Notes: generated from the letters alone by a model not told the origin. Shown: positions 1-9,868, numbered from the stretch's first letter. The stretch is DNA of 64,000 bases from an uncultured Pseudomonadota bacterium (GCA_963764525.1 CAVXTC010000029.1:143447-207446), one strand, 5' to 3'. Numbers and translations are program-made.

Positions 1-2
1 TT

Positions 3-1037
3 TCAATTGCCGCCTTCCTGCCGGTTTCGGAAATCGCCCAGGTGGGGCGCCAGCTTGCCGACACCATCGCCTCGACCCGCCGGCTGCACGTGGTCGAGTC
101 CGAGCCGGTGCTGATCACCGATGGCGCGCTGACGCCGCCGCTGCAGCCGGGCGGATCCAGTGTCGGCTTCGCCTCGGTACGGTTCACCTATCCCGGACGT
201 CAGCGGGCGGCGCTGGATCACGTGACGTTCGATGTTGCCGGAGGATCGACGGTTGCGCTGGTGGGACCTTCGGGGGCCGGCAAGACGACGATCGCCAACC
301 TGCTGCTGCGGTTCTGGGACCCGGAGTCCGGTTCCATCCGCATCGACCGGCATGATCTGCGCGACCTGACGCTGGACGGGCTGCGCGGCCGGATCGCTTT
401 GGTGGCGCAGGATACTTACCTGTTCAACGATACGCTGGAGGCAAACGTCCGGCTGGCCCGCCCGGATGCCTCGCCGGACGATGTCGGGCGGGCGTTGCGC
501 CGGGCGGCGCTGGCCGACTTCGTTGCCGGACTGCCGGAGGGGCTGGCGACGCGCGTAGGCGAACGGGGCGTGCAGCTTTCCGGCGGTCAGCGCCAGCGCA
601 TCGCGATCGCCCGGGCGTTCCTGAAGGACGCGCCGATCCTGGTGCTGGACGAGGCGACCTCGCATCTGGACACGATCAGCGAGCAGGCAGTGCGGGCGGC
701 GCTGGATACGTTGATGACAGACCGCACGACGATCGTGGTGGCGCACCGGCTTTCGACGATCCGGCACGCCGATCTGATCGTCGTGCTGGACGCCGGACGG
801 GTGATCGAGGCGGGCAGCCACGCCGAGCTGGTTGCCCGGCGTGGCGCTTATGCACGGCTGGTGGAACGGCAGATGGCCGGGCGTGGCGTTGCGGGCGTGA
901 GGCGGCGGGATCAGGCGGCCGGCCGGCGCCTGCGAATCAGCGCCAGACCGAGCAGCCCCGACCCGAGTACCAGCAGCGGCGCCGGCTCGGGCACCCTGGT
1001 CAGGAAGCCGATCGTGTTGCCGTTTGCGGCAGTATAG
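3..1037 (+). CDS. ABC exporter, C-terminal nucleotide-binding domain (5'-partial; CydC/MsbA-like fused permease-ATPase)
   Basis: Walker A GPSGAGKTT, ABC signature LSGGQRQRIAIARA, Walker B ILVLDEATSHLD and H-loop VVAHRLST in ORF 42..1037. The frame is open back to the window edge. Family-like sequence stops near nt ~900 (..GAYARLVERQ). The last ~45 codons overlap the convergent PEP-CTERM gene and may be read-through. Confidence 0.85.
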   Translation, partial: SIAAFLPVSEIAQVGRQLADTIASTRRLHVVESEPVLITDGALTPPLQPGGSSVGFASVRFTYPGRQRAALDHVTFDVAGGSTVALVGPSGAGKTTIANLLLRFWDPESGSIRIDRHDLRDLTLDGLRGRIALVAQDTYLFNDTLEANVRLARPDASPDDVGRALRRAALADFVAGLPEGLATRVGERGVQLSGGQRQRIAIARAFLKDAPILVLDEATSHLDTISEQAVRAALDTLMTDRTTIVVAHRLSTIRHADLIVVLDAGRVIEAGSHAELVARRGAYARLVERQMAGRGVAGVRRRDQAAGRRLRISARPSSPDPSTSSGAGSGTLVRKPIVLPFAAV

Positions 1038-1871
1038 AAGCCGACGACCTGGCCCTTGTCGTTGATGCCGTTGGCGGTCGTCGCGGTGGCGCCGGGCGGG
1101 TTGAGCGTCGTGAAGACGCCGTTCGTTGTCGAAGAAGCCGAACATCTCGCCATTCAGGATATAGTCACCGACGATCTCACCCAGATCGTTGATCCCGAGC
1201 GCCTGGGTGGACGCCGATCCGGGGAACTGGAAGGAAGAGATCATACCTCCCTTGTCCTCGAACGCCGAGAAATCGCCGGCCGCGTCGTATTGATAGAAAC
1301 CGACGACGGTCCCCGCGTTGTTCACACCGGTGGCCTGGCTGTTGAAGTTCGCCGGCAGCAGGGCGTTGATATTCGTGTAGGTGGCCGCCGGCCAATCGAG
1401 AATGCCTGCTGTCCCGGTCGCGCCGGTGACGTCAGTAAACGACGAATAGCCGGCGATTTCGGTGCCGCGTGGTTGATGCCGAGCAACTGGTTGAACACCG
1501 ATCCCGTTTGATCGACCGTTGTGGAAAGCTCCGCCGAACGGTTTGAAGAACCCGTGGTTGACGCCCGCGGAATCGACGTAGAAGCCAACCGTGTCGCCGG
1601 CGCTGTCGATGCCGATCACCTGGGTTCCGCCGGTCGCGCCAGGGAAGTTCTCGCGGGAGAAGTTCGCCGATCCGTATGGCGGAGGCAGCACGAAGCCATT
1701 GAAGATGCTGGCGTTGCCGTAACCCGCGATAACGCCGGAATCATTGATCCCCAGCGCCTGGGTGAAGGTCGGGTTCAGCGGGTCGATGATGTTGAGGTAG
1801 GCGGCGTGGGCGGACCCGGCGGCGGCGGACAGCAATGCAGCCGCACCAAGGGCAGATCGGATGTGGTTCAT
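911..1871 (-). pseudogene. HAF-repeat secreted protein with PEP-CTERM sorting signal (frame-disrupted)
   Basis: Signal peptide MNHIRSALGAAALLSAAAGSAHA. Repeated G(I/V)(N/D)xxGxxxG(F/Y)Y units (GINDSGVIAGY, GIDSAGDTVGFY, GVNNAGTVVGFY, GINDLGEIVGDY, GINDKGQVVGFY). C-terminal VPEPAPLLVLGSGLLGLALIRRRR is a PEP-CTERM motif. The frame must be switched about three times (near ~1510, ~1440, ~1150) to join ORFs 3..1871(-), 1322..1588(-) and 911..1153(-). Confidence 0.7.
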
Positions 1872-1984
1872 GTCGTTGCGTCTCCTTGCAGTGATCGGAA
1901 GCGGGTTCGGGGAACGTCGCTCCGGTCGCGAAACGCGGGTATGATTTGACTCACACCAAGCGCCCGGGCCTCTGACGCTTGGAT

Positions 1985-2112
1985 CGTCACTCCCCGCGAC
2001 CCTCAGTCGTCATTCCCGCGACCCTCACGGGTCATTCCCGCGAAAGCGGGAACCCAGGCGTACGGCTCCGATGTTGCCGGCGAGCCTGGGTTCCCGCTTT
2101 CGCGGGAATGCC
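1985..2112. repeat. REP-like intergenic repeat cluster, family A (cattcccgcgaaagcgggaacccagg / inverted copy)
   Basis: Tandem degenerate copies (gtcactccccgcgaccctca, gtcattcccgcgaccctcacgg, gtcattcccgcgaaagcgggaacccagg) plus an inverted copy cctgggttcccgctttcgcgggaatg. Each unit is itself a hairpin (tcccgc-gaaa-gcggga). The same family recurs at 16120-16212 and 30153-30180. Confidence 0.75.
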
Positions 2113-2405
2113 GATGGAAGGGTCATGTCGTTTCGTCGCCTGATATTACACCAGAACGGTTTCGGGAGTACTCTGGTCTGCTCGGGCCGTTACCTTCCCG
2201 TCTGCGCGGGGAACGACGATCGAGACGACTGGCATGGTTCCAAAGCTTCGGCAACGTGGCCGGGACGCACGATAAGTGCCTGCGATTGCGCCGGAGTCGA
2301 GTGAAGATTACCGGCAGGCAATCACTGTATCGTGACGATCGCTTGCCGAACGCCACGATTTCGTCTCAAATCATGCGACACGGCATCGGCGGCGAATATC
2401 ACCGA

Positions 2406-2912
2406 TCAGCCGCCCCGGCTAATGCGATGATAACCGCGCGCGTAGTAGATCAGCCCTTCATGCACGGAGCCCAATTGCACCGCCTCGACGATGCAGAAGA
2501 ATACGTCGTGGGTGCCGACCTCCACCGCCTTGTCGATCCGGCAATCGAACGCCACCGCCGCGTCCTGCAAAACGGGAGCGCCCGTCGCCAATGTGTACCA
2601 ATATCCGGAATCGAACCGGGCGTCCATCGAATGACTGGTCAGCCCGGCAAACACCGGCGACATGTCCTCCTGTCCACCGGTCAACGTATTGACGCAAACG
2701 ACACCGTTTGCCTTCAACGCGGCGTACGAATCGTTGCTGCGGTTGGCGCAGATCAGCAGGGTCGGCGGCGTGTCGGTCACGCTGCACACCGCCGAGGCGG
2801 TGAACCCGGCGCGCCCGCCCGGCCCGGCGGTCGTGATCACGTTCACCGCCGCGCCGAGCCGCGCCATGGCCTCCCGATAGTCGTCCCTGCTGACCGGCAC
2901 CGCGGTCTCCAT
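2406..2912 (-). CDS. flavin reductase family protein (HpaC/RutF-like NAD(P)H-flavin oxidoreductase component)
   Basis: METAVPVSRDDYREAMARLGAAVNVITTAGPGGRAGFTASAVCSVTDTPPTLLICANRSN.. matches the flavin_reduct domain pattern. ATG at 2910-2912. The upstream part of ORF 2406..3242 overlaps the neighbouring gene and is not counted. Confidence 0.85.
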   Translation of the reverse strand: METAVPVSRDDYREAMARLGAAVNVITTAGPGGRAGFTASAVCSVTDTPPTLLICANRSNDSYAALKANGVVCVNTLTGGQEDMSPVFAGLTSHSMDARFDSGYWYTLATGAPVLQDAAVAFDCRIDKAVEVGTHDVFFCIVEAVQLGSVHEGLIYYARGYHRISRGG

Positions 2913-2941
2913 CGGCCGGAGCAGGCCAGTATGGCCCGATC

Positions 2942-4051
2942 CTACCGTCCGTAAACCGCCCGCGCGTTGTCGCGGAAGAACTGGCACCGCTCGGTGTCGG
3001 AGACCGGCAGCGGCAGCGCCTGGTCGGGATTGTCGAAATCCCAGTGCGGGTAATCGGAGGCATACAGCAGCCGATCCCAGCCGACCCAGCGGATCAGGTC
3101 CAGCACGTGCTCGCGCGGCTGCGGTTCTTCCATCGGCTGCGTGGTCAGCCAGACCTGGGTTCGGATGTAGTCGGACGGCAGGCGTTTGGCCTCGGGCGTT
3201 TCGTCGCGCATCCGCCGCCACAGTTTGTCGAGCCGCCAGCACAGCGCCGGCAGCCAGCCGAAACCGCCTTCGATCATGACGAATTTCAGGCCGGGGAGGC
3301 GTTGGAACAGGCCGTCCAGCACCATGCTGGCAAGATGCGCCTGGAAGGCCTGGGCGTGCGCCAGCATGTCTTCCAGGTAGAAGCTCGGCCAGCCGCTACC
3401 GGTCGCCGGATGACCGGCGAAACCGAAGGCGTGCATGGCGACGGGGATGTTTGCCGCCGCGGCGGCCTCGAAGATCGGGCGGTAGCGGCGGGCGCCGAGT
3501 GGCTCGGCGGTGCGGCTCATGAGCAGGACGTGGCCGAAGCCATCGATCGCCGCACAGCGTTCAATCTCCGCGGCGGCGGCCGGCGGGTCCTCGTAGTTCA
3601 CCACGATCGACGCGCGCAGCCGCGGTTCCGGGCGCACCAGATGCTCGATCTGCCAGTCGTTCATCGCCCGGCTGACCGCGTTGCCGAGATCGGCGTTCAT
3701 GAAGTTCTGGCTCGGCTGCGGTGGGTTGATCAGGCCGAGTTCGACGTTGAACGCGTCCAGGTGCTGGGCGCGGGTGAAGTCGAGATTGCTGCCGGGCGGC
3801 GATCCGTCCGGCGGCCAGGCATCGCGGCGGGCGGCCATGGGGGCGGATTTCGGGAAGGCCGGCGCGCCGTCGGCATAGCCGGTGCGGTGCGCCATCCCGT
3901 AGGTCTCGATGTGCTGCCGCCAGCGCGCCGGCAGGTACGGATAAAGGTCGCGCATGGAACGCGGCCCGAGATGCAGGTCGCAATCGGCGATCGCCACCCG
4001 GCTGGCGGTTGCTGGGATTGCGGCCCGCAGGTCGCGCAGTTCGACATTCAT
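2942..4051 (-). CDS. amidohydrolase_2 (COG2159 TIM-barrel metal-dependent hydrolase/decarboxylase) paralogue 3
   Basis: N-terminal DCDLH metal motif and C-terminal YASDYPHWDFD. About 30-40% identical by eye to the two upstream paralogues. ATG at 4049-4051, 15 nt after the stop of the preceding gene, with GGAG in between. Confidence 0.85.
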   Translation of the reverse strand: MNVELRDLRAAIPATASRVAIADCDLHLGPRSMRDLYPYLPARWRQHIETYGMAHRTGYADGAPAFPKSAPMAARRDAWPPDGSPPGSNLDFTRAQHLDAFNVELGLINPPQPSQNFMNADLGNAVSRAMNDWQIEHLVRPEPRLRASIVVNYEDPPAAAAEIERCAAIDGFGHVLLMSRTAEPLGARRYRPIFEAAAAANIPVAMHAFGFAGHPATGSGWPSFYLEDMLAHAQAFQAHLASMVLDGLFQRLPGLKFVMIEGGFGWLPALCWRLDKLWRRMRDETPEAKRLPSDYIRTQVWLTTQPMEEPQPREHVLDLIRWVGWDRLLYASDYPHWDFDNPDQALPLPVSDTERCQFFRDNARAVYGR

Positions 4052-4066
4052 CGCGCGGGGCTCCGT

Positions 4067-5170
4067 TCAGCGGAAGTGGTACACGGCCATCGCGTTATCC
4101 CGCAGGATCATGCGTTCCTCCTGCTCGGAGAACCGGATGCGGAACGCCTGCCTGGGATCGTCGTAGTCCCAGTGCGGGTAGTCGCTGGAATAGACGATGC
4201 GGTCCCAGCCGATCCAGTCGAACACCTGGCGCAGGTCTTCGGGATTTTCGGGTTCTTCGACCGGCTGCGTGGCGAACCAGATGTTGCTGCGCAGGTATTC
4301 GGACGGCAGGCGCTTCAGCGGCGCTTCGTCGCGCATCTTCTTCCAGTGATTGTCGAGCCGCCACGCCAAATTCGGTCCCCAGGCGAAACCGCCCTCGATC
4401 AACACGACCTTCAGTCCGGGGAATGCCTCGAACACGCCTTCCAGGATCAGGCTGGCGGCCTGGTTCTGCATCGAGTGGACCAGCATGTGGTGGTCCTCGA
4501 TGTAGAATTGCGGCCAGCCGCCGGCCGACGGCGCGCTGCTTTGGGTGCCGCCGATATGCAGGCCGATCGACAGGTTGTTGGCCTGGGCGGCGGCGAAGAT
4601 CGGCCAATAGCGCTTGCGCCCGAGCGGCTCGGTGGTCTTGGAGCCAAGCTGGATCTGCGCGAAAGCGGGATCGCCGGCACGGAGCTCGATCTCCTTGATG
4701 GAGCCTTCCGGGTCGTCCTGCGGCACCAGGATGGAGGCGCGCAACCGCGGCTCCGGCACGTAGAAGGTCTGCTTCTGCCATTCGTTCATGGCGGTGCAGA
4801 AAGCCGCCGCGGCATCATGGTTGCGGGCGATATTGGCGTTCAGCAGCGGTTCCAGCACGCCGAACGCGATGTTGTTGGCATCCAGGTGCTGCTCGCGCAT
4901 GAACGCCACGTCGGAGCCCGGCAGCCCGCCGCCCGGCGGCCAGGCGTCGCGCCGACAGGTGTTCGGCGAGAAGCGCGGATAGGTACCGCGCGCCGCATAC
5001 GGGCCGCAGACGAACTTGTCGTATTCGGACAGGTATTTCCGCCAGCGCGCCGACAGATACGGATCGAGGTCGCGCGGCGTCTTCATGTAAGGATGGATGT
5101 CGGTGTCGATGATACCGATGCGCGCATCTGCGTCGGGCCGGCGGTCCAGGACGTCCGCGGTCATACTCAC
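4067..5170 (-). CDS. amidohydrolase_2 paralogue 2
   Basis: IIDTDIHPY.., ..EPRLRASILV.., ..YSSDYPHWDYDDP. GTG start at 5170 overlaps the upstream TGA (GTGA), with AAGGAGA 7 nt upstream. An alternative ATG lies at 5164. Confidence 0.85.
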   Translation of the reverse strand: MSMTADVLDRRPDADARIGIIDTDIHPYMKTPRDLDPYLSARWRKYLSEYDKFVCGPYAARGTYPRFSPNTCRRDAWPPGGGLPGSDVAFMREQHLDANNIAFGVLEPLLNANIARNHDAAAAFCTAMNEWQKQTFYVPEPRLRASILVPQDDPEGSIKEIELRAGDPAFAQIQLGSKTTEPLGRKRYWPIFAAAQANNLSIGLHIGGTQSSAPSAGGWPQFYIEDHHMLVHSMQNQAASLILEGVFEAFPGLKVVLIEGGFAWGPNLAWRLDNHWKKMRDEAPLKRLPSEYLRSNIWFATQPVEEPENPEDLRQVFDWIGWDRIVYSSDYPHWDYDDPRQAFRIRFSEQEERMILRDNAMAVYHFR

Positions 5171-6240
5171 TGCACGGTCTCCTTGAGACGGGGATAGGTA
5201 GCAAGCGGGTTGTCGTGCCGCATCTTGCGGATCAGTCCCGGGTTGAGCCCGGGCGGCAGCGGGTCGTCGCCCTCGAACTGCCAGTGCGGATAGTCGGTGG
5301 CGAACAGCAGCATCTCGTCCGAACCGATCTGATTGATGATGCGGTCAAGTGATTTGGGGTCCGGCGGCGCGTCGATCGGCTGCGCGGTCAGGCGTATCTG
5401 GCGGCGGATGGTGTCGGCCGGGGATTCCTTTACCCAGGGCACTTCGGCGCGCACGCCGCGCCAGGTCTTGATGGCGCGCCAGATGAAGCCGGGCATCCAG
5501 GTGACGCCGGATTCGATCAGCACCACGCGCAAGGACGGGAATTTCACGAAGATGCCGTTGGAGATCAGGCTGAGAAGCTGATCCTCAAACGTTTGCTGGT
5601 GGGCGACGTAGTCGTGCAGGAAGTGGCTCGGCCAGCCGGTGGAGGTCGGCGTGTAGCGATACATGCTGCCGGCGTGCAGGCCGATCGGCAGGTTATGGCG
5701 GACCGCCGCTTCGTAGATCGGCCAGTAATAGCTGCGTCCCAGCATCATCTCGCACGCCACCGGCATCAGCACCTGCACGAAACGCTTGTCGGGCGCCTTG
5801 CGTTCGATTTCTTCGGCGGCGAGCAACGGGGCCTGCGCCGGCACCACGATGGAGGCGCGCAGGCGGGGTTCCTTGTCCAGCCAGTGTTCGGCGATCCAGT
5901 CGTTCACCGCCGAGCAGATCGCCGCGCCCATGGATTCGCTGACGGCGATCTGGCCGCCATAGATCGTGTTGCAGATGGCGACGCCAAGATTGAACGGATC
6001 GAGCGCCTGCGTGCGCATCGCGTCCAGGCTGGTGCCGGGCTTTCCTTTCGCCGGCCGCCAGTCGGCGCGGCAGGTGATCGGCGCACCTGGCGGGTAGCTT
6101 TGCAGGTCCAGCCCGTCGATCCCGCGGGCGACAAAGGATTCCTGCCAGAATTCATCCATGTAGGGCAGCAGGGTCTTCACGTCGGGCACCGATGGATGGA
6201 TATCGCAATCGATCACGCTGCTGCCGGCGAGGTCGTTCAT
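5167..6240 (-). CDS. amidohydrolase_2 paralogue 1
   Basis: VIDCDIHPS.., ..EPRLRASIVVP.., ..ATDYPHWQFEGDDP. ATG at 6238-6240 preceded by GGAGA. Confidence 0.85.
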   Translation of the reverse strand: MNDLAGSSVIDCDIHPSVPDVKTLLPYMDEFWQESFVARGIDGLDLQSYPPGAPITCRADWRPAKGKPGTSLDAMRTQALDPFNLGVAICNTIYGGQIAVSESMGAAICSAVNDWIAEHWLDKEPRLRASIVVPAQAPLLAAEEIERKAPDKRFVQVLMPVACEMMLGRSYYWPIYEAAVRHNLPIGLHAGSMYRYTPTSTGWPSHFLHDYVAHQQTFEDQLLSLISNGIFVKFPSLRVVLIESGVTWMPGFIWRAIKTWRGVRAEVPWVKESPADTIRRQIRLTAQPIDAPPDPKSLDRIINQIGSDEMLLFATDYPHWQFEGDDPLPPGLNPGLIRKMRHDNPLATYPRLKETVQ

Positions 6241-6490
6241 CGTGGTGTCTCCATGCGAACGAAGGTAGAATTACGGCGGGGGAAGGTCAAACTTTACGGC
6301 TCGCGCAAAGCACGCAACTTCATCAGGCTCACGTCCCACACCCTCTTTTCGAGTGCGTATTACAAATCGGCCGTGCTCGCCGGTGACCGCAATCAGGGAA
6401 TTGAAATCCGTGTCGAGCGTAACGCGAATGCGCGCCTCGGCCCGTTGCACGCCTTCGGCACCGCATTCGCTGGCGGCCGCGCCATTCGGC

Positions 6491-7945
6491 TCAGGTGGCG
6501 ATGGCCTCCAAGGTCTGGCCCGGCTCAATCTTCGGTAACAGCAAGGCTGTCCATTGCCCGAACCCCAGGACCACGGCGATGATAAACCAGGTGATCGCCG
6601 GCGTGGTGACGCTGATCAGGATCGTCCACAGCGCCGTGCCGATGATCAGGCCCAGCGTGAACATCGCGCCGAGCCAGCCGACCGCCGTGCCGCGCACCCG
6701 CGTCGGAAAGCATTCCGCCCAATAGGCATAGCCTGCCCCGGACCACGTGCCGTTGGTCGCCTGGTAGATCAGGAAGTACACGATCGCGACGGATAGGTTG
6801 GTGTGCATGAACATGAACAGCAGATTCAGGGGGCCGGTGATGATGCCGGTCCAGACCAGCACCTCCCGCCGGCCCCAACGTTCGCCGAGCAGGCCGCCGA
6901 TGATATAGAAGAAGAAACCGATCCCGCCGCAGATCAGCAGCAGCCGCCCGGCCTGGTCGCCGGTCCAACCCCGATAGTGCGTCAGCCAGTAGGCGATATA
7001 GACGTTGGTCGCCACCCAGGAGGTTGAATAGAACAGCCACACCACGGTCAGCAGCCAGACCCGCCGCCGGACGACGCCGGCGCTGGCAAAGAGCTGCCTC
7101 AGGGTGACCTTGGTTGCCTCCGCGACATTGACCTTGTAGCGCGCGAGCAGATGATCGACGCCCGCCTGATCCCCGGCGGCGGCCGCCGCCCGGATCGCAC
7201 GGAGGTGCAGAAACCGGTCGGATTCCTTCACCCAATAGCGGCCGACGATCACGCAGATGATGGGGATCACGCCGAACACGAAAACCATGCGCCAGCCGAA
7301 GCTGTTGAACAGCAGATAGACGCCGGAGGCCAGGAACACACCGACCGGCCAGCCGCCCTGCACGATCGAGTAGAGCAGGCCGCGCCGCGCCGAGGGTACC
7401 TGCTCATTCACCAGCGTGATCGAGATCGCAAGTTCCGAATTGGCGAATCCGGAAGCCAGTGCACGCACCACGGCCAACTGCCAGTAGTTCTGTACGAAAT
7501 ATGTCAGCCCGGTGAACACCGCCGCCGCGGTCAGGCAGAACATCCACATCCATTTACGGCCGAGCTGGTCCATTCCGTAGCCGGCCAGGAAGGTGATGAT
7601 GAACATCGCCGCGTAAATGACGAAGCCGAGCAACCCGATGGCTCCCGGTGCGAGGTGCAGGCTTTTGGCAATGTCCGAAAACGTCAATACCAGCAGGTTG
7701 AAATCATAGGAGGCAAGCGACCAGCCGGCGAGTGCGACGCAGACAAGATAGGTTGTGTAGTGCCGTTCGACGAACGGCGGGACCGGCCGGCCGACAATTG
7801 CGCGTTGGTTGCCCTCCTGCTCCCTCGCAGACACGAACCTGCCTCCGGTTGCTTCGGTTCGGATGCTGCCCGACCGGCGGCCGAGGCGCGAGAACAGGAG
7901 GCTTGTCGGATCGATCACATTGTCCGGAGCCGGCACCGCCGGCAC
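6491..7945 (-). CDS. MFS transporter (sugar/aromatic-acid:H+ symporter-like)
   Basis: Twelve hydrophobic segments. MFS loop motifs (GYGMDQLGRKW, PSARRGLLYS). GTG start at the ORF edge, so the true start is uncertain (N-terminal ~60 residues are hydrophilic). Confidence 0.8.
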   Translation of the reverse strand: MPAVPAPDNVIDPTSLLFSRLGRRSGSIRTEATGGRFVSAREQEGNQRAIVGRPVPPFVERHYTTYLVCVALAGWSLASYDFNLLVLTFSDIAKSLHLAPGAIGLLGFVIYAAMFIITFLAGYGMDQLGRKWMWMFCLTAAAVFTGLTYFVQNYWQLAVVRALASGFANSELAISITLVNEQVPSARRGLLYSIVQGGWPVGVFLASGVYLLFNSFGWRMVFVFGVIPIICVIVGRYWVKESDRFLHLRAIRAAAAAGDQAGVDHLLARYKVNVAEATKVTLRQLFASAGVVRRRVWLLTVVWLFYSTSWVATNVYIAYWLTHYRGWTGDQAGRLLLICGGIGFFFYIIGGLLGERWGRREVLVWTGIITGPLNLLFMFMHTNLSVAIVYFLIYQATNGTWSGAGYAYWAECFPTRVRGTAVGWLGAMFTLGLIIGTALWTILISVTTPAITWFIIAVVLGFGQWTALLLPKIEPGQTLEAIAT

Positions 7946-8019
7946 CGGCGCGGCAAAACGCTGATTGCAATTGTCTGAAGTGCTTCGCAGAGAGATCGGA
8001 AGCGACAGCCAATCAGGGC

Positions 8020-8463
8020 CTAACGATCGGCAGCCGTCGAACGCGAATCGATCGGTCCGTGACCGTTACCATCGCACCGCCATCGAGCGCGTCCTCGATC
8101 CCTGGCCAAATGCTCTGCAGCAACGATGGTGACGCAGATGCGCGCGTCCGCCCGCCCTCGTCGCAGGATGTCGACATCGTCAGCGCCGCTCATGCCGATT
8201 TCGGACACATGGATCACATCCCCGCCAGCCTGTGCAAGCAAAGCGGTAGTCGAGCGCGGCAAACCCTGATCCAGCAACAGGCGTTTCACGCAGCTTCGAA
8301 CGGTTGCACGCTTTCGCCCAAATTCCGCGCAGCGAATTCGAGCGCCTGGCGGATATCCTACCCCGGGCCAGCGGCGGAAACAACGCTGGATGTCAAGCCG
8401 CCCATCCCGATCACCGTCGGCAGGAAGTCGTTCGGTCGCAACCATGGTGTCACATGACGGCAA
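8020..8463 (-). pseudogene. decayed DUF433 antitoxin / DUF5615 (PIN-like) toxin pair
   Basis: DUF5615-like KRLLLDQGLPRSTTALLAQAGGDVIHVSEIGMSGADDVDILRRGRADARICVTI, then a frame switch to ..IEDALDGGAMVTVTDRSIRVRRLP. Upstream, a DUF433-like C-terminus (..DIRQALEFAARNLGE) is readable only in another frame behind a stop. The assignment rests on remembered family consensus only. Confidence 0.35.
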
Positions 8464-8517
8464 TAGGGTCGTTACGCCAAGTACCCACGGACGTCGAGCA
8501 TCGGATTGCCGAGCTTT

Positions 8518-9846
8518 CTACCCCTTCAGCCCGGCCAGCCGGAAACTGCGTTGCCACTGGGTGGCGCAATCGTCCAGCGCCTTCTTGGCCGTTGTCTGCC
8601 CCAGCAGCACCTGAGAGATGGCGGTCCGCAGCGGCAGTTGCACCGTGCTCCAGGCCGGATCGCGATGATCCAGCACCGCCGTCTTCAGGGCCTCGCCCGC
8701 CACCGGCGCCCACGGATGCTTCTGCAGCACCGTCGGATCCTCCAACACTGAAACCCGCGGTGGTGCGTTGCCCAGGTCGATCGATCGTTTCATCCACTGT
8801 TTGGATGTCGCCGTCTGCACGAATTCAAACGCCCAATCGGTGTTCTTGGTCGCTTCCGGCACCCCGAGCATCCAGCCGGCCAGATAGCTGCGGGTCTGGC
8901 TGAGCGAGTCCTTGCCAGGCATCAGCGACCACGCCCAGTCCCCGCCCGTCTTGGACTGCTTCGGATCGTTCATCGCTTCGCCGTACGGCGCCAGCGTCAC
9001 GGTCATTGCGAACTGGTCGTTCTGGCCGCCGGCAATGATGCCGTCGAACTCCCAGGTCAGCGAATCCGGGTTCATGACCTTGTACTTCGTCATCAGGTCG
9101 CCATAGAACTGGAGCGCTTCGACCCCGGCCGGCTGGTTGACGAAAATCTCGCCCGTCTTGGCGTCGTAGTAGCGCCCCCCGGCGGAGCGCAGGAACGGGG
9201 TGAAGCTGCCCAGCATGGCCGGCCCTTGCCGTCCCATGACCCCGAACCCGTAGCGATGCGGCAGCCCCTGTTTGGTGGTTGCCTCGGCCGCGGCCAGAAA
9301 TTCGGCGAAGTTGCTCGGCGCCTTGGTGATGCCGGCCTGTTCCAGCAGCTTCGGCTGACGAAACAGAACGCCCGTCGTGATCCGGTACGGAATGCCGGAC
9401 AGCTTGCCCTCGTAGGTGGCCATCCCCTGCACGGCCGGCAGGAAATCGGCCCAATCGAAATCCGGATGGCGCGACGCCGACGCCGCCAACAGCTTGGCAT
9501 GATCCTTCATGTGCCGCGACACCCAGCCGGCCATGCTGGCATCCCATTGCACGACGTCGATGCCGCCCGAACCCGAGCTGAGCTCGGCCTTCAGGCGCGC
9601 GACGAGTGCGTCGATCGGCAGCAGCGTGAAATCGATCTTGATGCCGGTTTCTTTCTCGAACGCCGGCGCGACTTCCTGCACCAGGCAGCGGTGCCAGGGG
9701 CCGTTGTCCCCGACATAGACAAGCTTCGCCGGCTTGGCCTGGGCGCGCGTCGGCTGTGCGCGGGCGGTGGCGGCCAGCACCACACCGGAGGCCAGTGACC
9801 CCTTCACAATGTCCCGGCGGCCGAGTCCGCCTGCATGTCTGCGCAT
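8518..9846 (-). CDS. ABC transporter substrate-binding protein (family 1, carbohydrate-type), Tat signal
   Basis: MRRHAGGLGRRDIVKGSLASGVVLAATARAQ twin-arginine signal. SBP_bac_1-like body. ATG at 9844-9846 with GGAGGGA about 10 nt upstream. Confidence 0.85.
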   Translation of the reverse strand: MRRHAGGLGRRDIVKGSLASGVVLAATARAQPTRAQAKPAKLVYVGDNGPWHRCLVQEVAPAFEKETGIKIDFTLLPIDALVARLKAELSSGSGGIDVVQWDASMAGWVSRHMKDHAKLLAASASRHPDFDWADFLPAVQGMATYEGKLSGIPYRITTGVLFRQPKLLEQAGITKAPSNFAEFLAAAEATTKQGLPHRYGFGVMGRQGPAMLGSFTPFLRSAGGRYYDAKTGEIFVNQPAGVEALQFYGDLMTKYKVMNPDSLTWEFDGIIAGGQNDQFAMTVTLAPYGEAMNDPKQSKTGGDWAWSLMPGKDSLSQTRSYLAGWMLGVPEATKNTDWAFEFVQTATSKQWMKRSIDLGNAPPRVSVLEDPTVLQKHPWAPVAGEALKTAVLDHRDPAWSTVQLPLRTAISQVLLGQTTAKKALDDCATQWQRSFRLAGLKG

Positions 9847-9868
9847 CGTCACCATTCCCTCCATCTGT

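Noticed and set aside
3044-5197. 717-aa + strand ORF spanning two amidohydrolase genes
   Set aside because: It lies antisense to two well-supported family members. The translation is Arg/Gly/Ala/Pro-rich with no recognisable motifs. This is a typical shadow ORF of high-GC DNA.
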